Shown here piece by piece: positions 32,891 through 36,325 of a stretch of DNA of 36,325 bases. Source of the stretch: Octopus bimaculoides (lineage: Eukaryota); contig NC_068994.1 in assembly GCF_001194135.2 (NCBI RefSeq), positions 7,887,200-7,923,524 on the forward strand, read 5' to 3'. The translations under genes and the position numbers were made by a program. The stretch's first letter is position 1, and each line of letters opens with the position of its first letter. Under the pieces are notes generated by a model. That model was not told the origin of the DNA and ran no database searches. It saw only the letters and a list, made by a program, of their open reading frames with translations.

Positions 32891-33085
32891 CAGTGCTTTG
32901 CAACCTTTTTGTTCTTTTTTACTTGCGGTACACTAATATTCTTTTCAAAATTCGGTGGCACACCTGAACTAAAAATATAACTAAAAGTATTGAGGAAAAA
33001 AATTATATTCAGGTTACACTGCGGCACACCTAGCATAGTCTCGTGGCATTCCAGTGTGCCGCAGCATACCGGCTGCGGTGCACTG
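32891..33085. mobile_element. Diverged hAT-like MITE
   Basis: TIR CAGTGCTTTGCAACC versus CAGTGCACCGCAGCC (11/15). Flanks gtgaagat / ctgtagat (6/8). Internal gcggcacac sub-repeats. Confidence 0.55.
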
Positions 33086-33184
33086 CTGTAGATTTAACTT
33101 TTGAAGGTTGACTGCGTCTGAAGAAATAGATAGATTAGATAGATAGATAGACAGACAATTAGATAGATAATAGATTGATAGATA

Positions 33185-33445
33185 TCTTTTTATTATGGCC
33201 ACACAGGGCTAAATACAGAAAGTGGGCAAAATACAATGTAGAGCTTTTCTTTTGGGGGGCAAAGAAAAAAAAGAAAGAAAAAAGAAGGAAGGGGGGGTAG
33301 AATTTCGATCAAAAGGGATCGTGAAAAAAAAAATGGGGAAAGCCGATCAATAGGGATCGTGTATTACAGTCAATGTAAAAGGGGGGAACAGATTAGGCTT
33401 ATCCGTGGAGAGAAAAGCCTACGGAAAAGACCACTGTCACCTCAG
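33185..33445 (-). mobile_element. Non-LTR retrotransposon 3' end (putative 3' UTR with AATAAA) running into (TATC)n
   Basis: Minus strand ends ...tgtatttagccctgtgtggccataataaaaaga then (TATC)n at 33127-33184. No ORF here, so LINE identity is inferred. Confidence 0.55.
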
Positions 33446-33595
33446 GCTTTTTCTAAAAAAGGTACATGAAAGTAAGTACCTTTTCTCTCTTTTTCTTACA
33501 ATTTTATGCTTAAACTGGTGTCGTCTTTCGTACTTACCATTCTTCCTACGTTTACCCATTTTTTAAATTGAAACATTCATTAAAAAAAAAAAAAA

Positions 33596-33890
33596 TGGGT
33601 AAATTTCTTCACGGCAAAATGGTCGCTCGAGCTTCTGTCTCTATTTGACTATAGTTTTTTTCCTATGACGCTATCAGAGAACATGAGGCATGAACCACCG
33701 TCTTCATATTACCGTCTTTATATTTGTGTAACATTTCTGCTTCGAAGCTGTATTCAGAAGCGTCAGAAGCTACAACAATCTCCGCTGCAGGATCGAAATG
33801 AGCCAGCGTCAAATCCGACATCAATATTTTTCTAATATCGTCAAACGCCTTTTGACAATTATTTGCCAGCCGTGATTTTGTTCGGGGGCT
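33596..33890 (-). mobile_element. Ty3/Gypsy pol fragment (RT connection/RNase H), degenerate
   Basis: CQKAFDDIRKILMSDLTLAHFDPAAEIVVASDASEY...HAS.SL...*EKNYSQIETEARATI(fs)FAVKKF matches the Gypsy RNase H consensus (DAS..G...EKNYSQIEKEALA..F.VKKF). One stop and one frameshift. Confidence 0.88.
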
Positions 33891-34852
33891 NNNNNNNNNN
33901 NNNNNNNNNNNNNNNNNNNNNNNNNNNNNNNNNNNNNNNNNNNNNNNNNNNNNNNNNNNNNNNNNNNNNNNNNNNNNNNNNNNNNNNNNNNNNNNNNNNN
34001 NNNNNNNNNNNNNNNNNNNNNNNNNNNNNNNNNNNNNNNNNNNNNNNNNNNNNNNNNNNNNNNNNNNNNNNNNNNNNNNNNNNNNNNNNNNNNNNNNNNN
34101 NNNNNNNNNNNNNNNNNNNNNNNNNNNNNNNNNNNNNNNNNNNNNNNNNNNNNNNNNNNNNNNNNNNNNNNNNNNNNNNNNNNNNNNNNNNNNNNNNNNN
34201 NNNNNNNNNNNNNNNNNNNNNNNNNNNNNNNNNNNNNNNNNNNNNNNNNNNNNNNNNNNNNNNNNNNNNNNNNNNNNNNNNNNNNNNNNNNNNNNNNNNN
34301 NNNNNNNNNNNNNNNNNNNNNNNNNNNNNNNNNNNNNNNNNNNNNNNNNNNNNNNNNNNNNNNNNNNNNNNNNNNNNNNNNNNNNNNNNNNNNNNNNNNN
34401 NNNNNNNNNNNNNNNNNNNNNNNNNNNNNNNNNNNNNNNNNNNNNNNNNNNNNNNNNNNNNNNNNNNNNNNNNNNNNNNNNNNNNNNNNNNNNNNNNNNN
34501 NNNNNNNNNNNNNNNNNNNNNNNNNNNNNNNNNNNNNNNNNNNNNNNNNNNNNNNNNNNNNNNNNNNNNNNNNNNNNNNNNNNNNNNNNNNNNNNNNNNN
34601 NNNNNNNNNNNNNNNNNNNNNNNNNNNNNNNNNNNNNNNNNNNNNNNNNNNNNNNNNNNNNNNNNNNNNNNNNNNNNNNNNNNNNNNNNNNNNNNNNNNN
34701 NNNNNNNNNNNNNNNNNNNNNNNNNNNNNNNNNNNNNNNNNNNNNNNNNNNNNNNNNNNNNNNNNNNNNNNNNNNNNNNNNNNNNNNNNNNNNNNNNNNN
34801 NNNNNNNNNNNNNNNNNNNNNNNNNNNNNNNNNNNNNNNNNNNNNNNNNNNN

Positions 34853-35248
34853 CTCTCTCTCTCCTCCCCTCTCTCTATCTCTCTTTCTCTCTATACTCCC
34901 CTCTCGCTCACTTTCTCCCGCTTCTCTCTCCATTTATGTATATTGTGTGTGTGTGTTTTTGTGTCTGTATGTGTGTATGTGTGTGTGTGTGTGTGTGTGT
35001 GTATGTTCACACACACACACATATATGCATATATATGTCCATATATACGAACATACGTATACATATACATATATACATAAATTCATATACACACACGCGC
35101 ATACATACATACATACTTATATACAAACACACATACACACATATATATACGCATTTATATGTAGAAAACATTCTCACATATAACTACAAATAAGATGCGA
35201 ACACATCTCCAAAACACACACGCACACATAGACACACACGCACACATA

Positions 35249-35291
<43 letters not shown>

Positions 35292-35431
35292 CCTATATAG
35301 GTGCACAACCGAGCGTTGATTGTGCAGCTAGAATCTCCATCTAACATCAAACTCTGCTAAACACATCCGCGTACGCACATACACATGCACATAGCACCAC
35401 TTAACGCACACTACACACACACACACACACT

Positions 35432-35462
<31 letters not shown>

Positions 35463-35500
35463 TACATACTCCTTCCTTCTCTCTCTTTGTCTCTCTTTCT
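34853..35500. repeat. Compound (CT)n/(GT)n/(AC)n/(AT)n microsatellite field
   Basis: Direct reading. Confidence 0.9.
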
Positions 35501-35627
35501 CTATCTCCCCTCCTTAAATCCAATAAAACTCAAATTCTGGAAGATTAAATTAGACACATAAATATTTGTCTAATTTGATAGAAATACACGTACACATTTT
35601 TGTTTGGATACACTTTTACATGGTTGC

Positions 35628-35705
<78 letters not shown>

Positions 35706-36036
35706 GTCTGTCTGTCTGTTTTTCTATCCATCCATCCATTCATCCATCCATCCATCCATCCATCCGTCGTCTGCCTTTCTGTCTGTCGTCTGTTTTCTAT
35801 CTACCTATCTGTCTGTCTGTCTGTCTGTTTTTCTATCCATCCATCCATTCATCAATCCATCCATCCATCCATCGTCTGCCTTTCTGTCTGTCGTCTGTTT
35901 TCTATCTATCTATCTGTTTGTATGCCTGCCTCCTGTCTCTGTGTTTGTCTGTCTGTCTGTTTGTTTGTCTGCTGTCTGTCTCTCTACCTACGTCTTTTCT
36001 GACCTATGTACTTAACGCCTATCTATCTATCTATCT
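35628..36036. repeat. Compound (CTAT)n/(CTGT)n/(CCAT)n array with an internal ~105-bp duplication
   Basis: Higher-order units at ~35704-35808 and ~35809-35913. Confidence 0.9.
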
Positions 36037-36037
36037 C

Positions 36038-36325
36038 CCGTCGAGACCAGTTTTCAGAGACCGGATTAGCACGTTAGTAAAGAGGGCTTTGACAGGAGCC
36101 ATCATCAATAACAAATGGTGGTTTGCCCTCAAGAGAGCAATAAAAGCAGAAGCGGTTAGGTATAGCAAAGCACTAGCCATAGACAGAAACAGAGTAGAGG
36201 GTGAACTAGTTAAGAAGCTAGAAGAGGCAATTAGAAGTGGCATCGCATCCGACGTTTTGGCGGCGAGGTTGGCCCTTGACCAACACTTCAACGCCAAACA
36301 CGAAGGGTGCGTTGTCAGGGCTAGG
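36038..36325 (+). mobile_element. Tx1/L1-clade LINE ORF2 fragment (endonuclease-RT linker), 5'-truncated, runs off the window end
   Basis: Stop-free 96-codon frame without ATG, so absent from the ORF track: PSRPVFRDRISTLVKRALTGAIINNKWWFALKRAIKAEAVRYSKALAIDRNRVEGELVKKLEEAIRSGIASDVLAARLALDQHFNAKHEGCVVRAR. The WW...K..IK.....YSK and G..VRAR motifs are typical of this linker. Confidence 0.75.

Noticed and set aside
32250-32900. Degenerate transposase-like frames (WLWLKEINAEIM / QILLVLNLDSS)
   Set aside because: Only a faint resemblance to pogo/Tigger DDE motifs, in different frames. Not supportable without a profile search.
33531-33559. Minus-strand first exon MGKRRKN with a GTAAGTA donor
   Set aside because: A similar gtgtc...gtacttaccatt motif occurs at ~8951-8975 and the region is wedged between LINE and Gypsy relics, so it is probably repeat-derived.
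36031-36297. Minus-strand 88-aa ORF from the track
   Set aside because: It is the antisense shadow of the plus-strand Tx1/L1 ORF2 frame.

Overview
Eukaryotic, intron-rich, microsatellite- and SINE-dense scaffold with many N gaps. The repeat content suggests a coleoid cephalopod (Octopus-like); this is an inference. The only supported gene is a + strand rhotekin (RTKN/RTKN2-like: HR1 Rho-binding domain, anillin-homology region, PH domain). Eleven GT-AG exons between 6544 and 18803 splice into one open frame of 406 codons plus 1 nt. There is a candidate first coding exon at 1293-1433 and the terminal exon is unresolved. The rest is transposon-derived: several SINE families (labelled A-E here), MITEs (hAT, piggyBac-like, two long foldbacks) and fragments of RTE, Tx1/L1 and Gypsy elements. 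The most unusual items are: (1) a ~235-bp palindromic element whose arms are mirrored telomeric TTAGGG/CCCTAA arrays, just downstream of the HR1 exon; (2) an 8-bp minisatellite that starts at a splice donor and repeats GTGAGT and AP-1 (TGAGTCA) motifs; (3) LINE pieces abutting (TATC)n arrays, one sharing its 3' tail with a SINE; (4) an isolated 18S rRNA 5'-end fragment in an intron. All alignments were done by eye and family names come from recalled consensus motifs, not database searches. SINE boundaries without a TSD are approximate.
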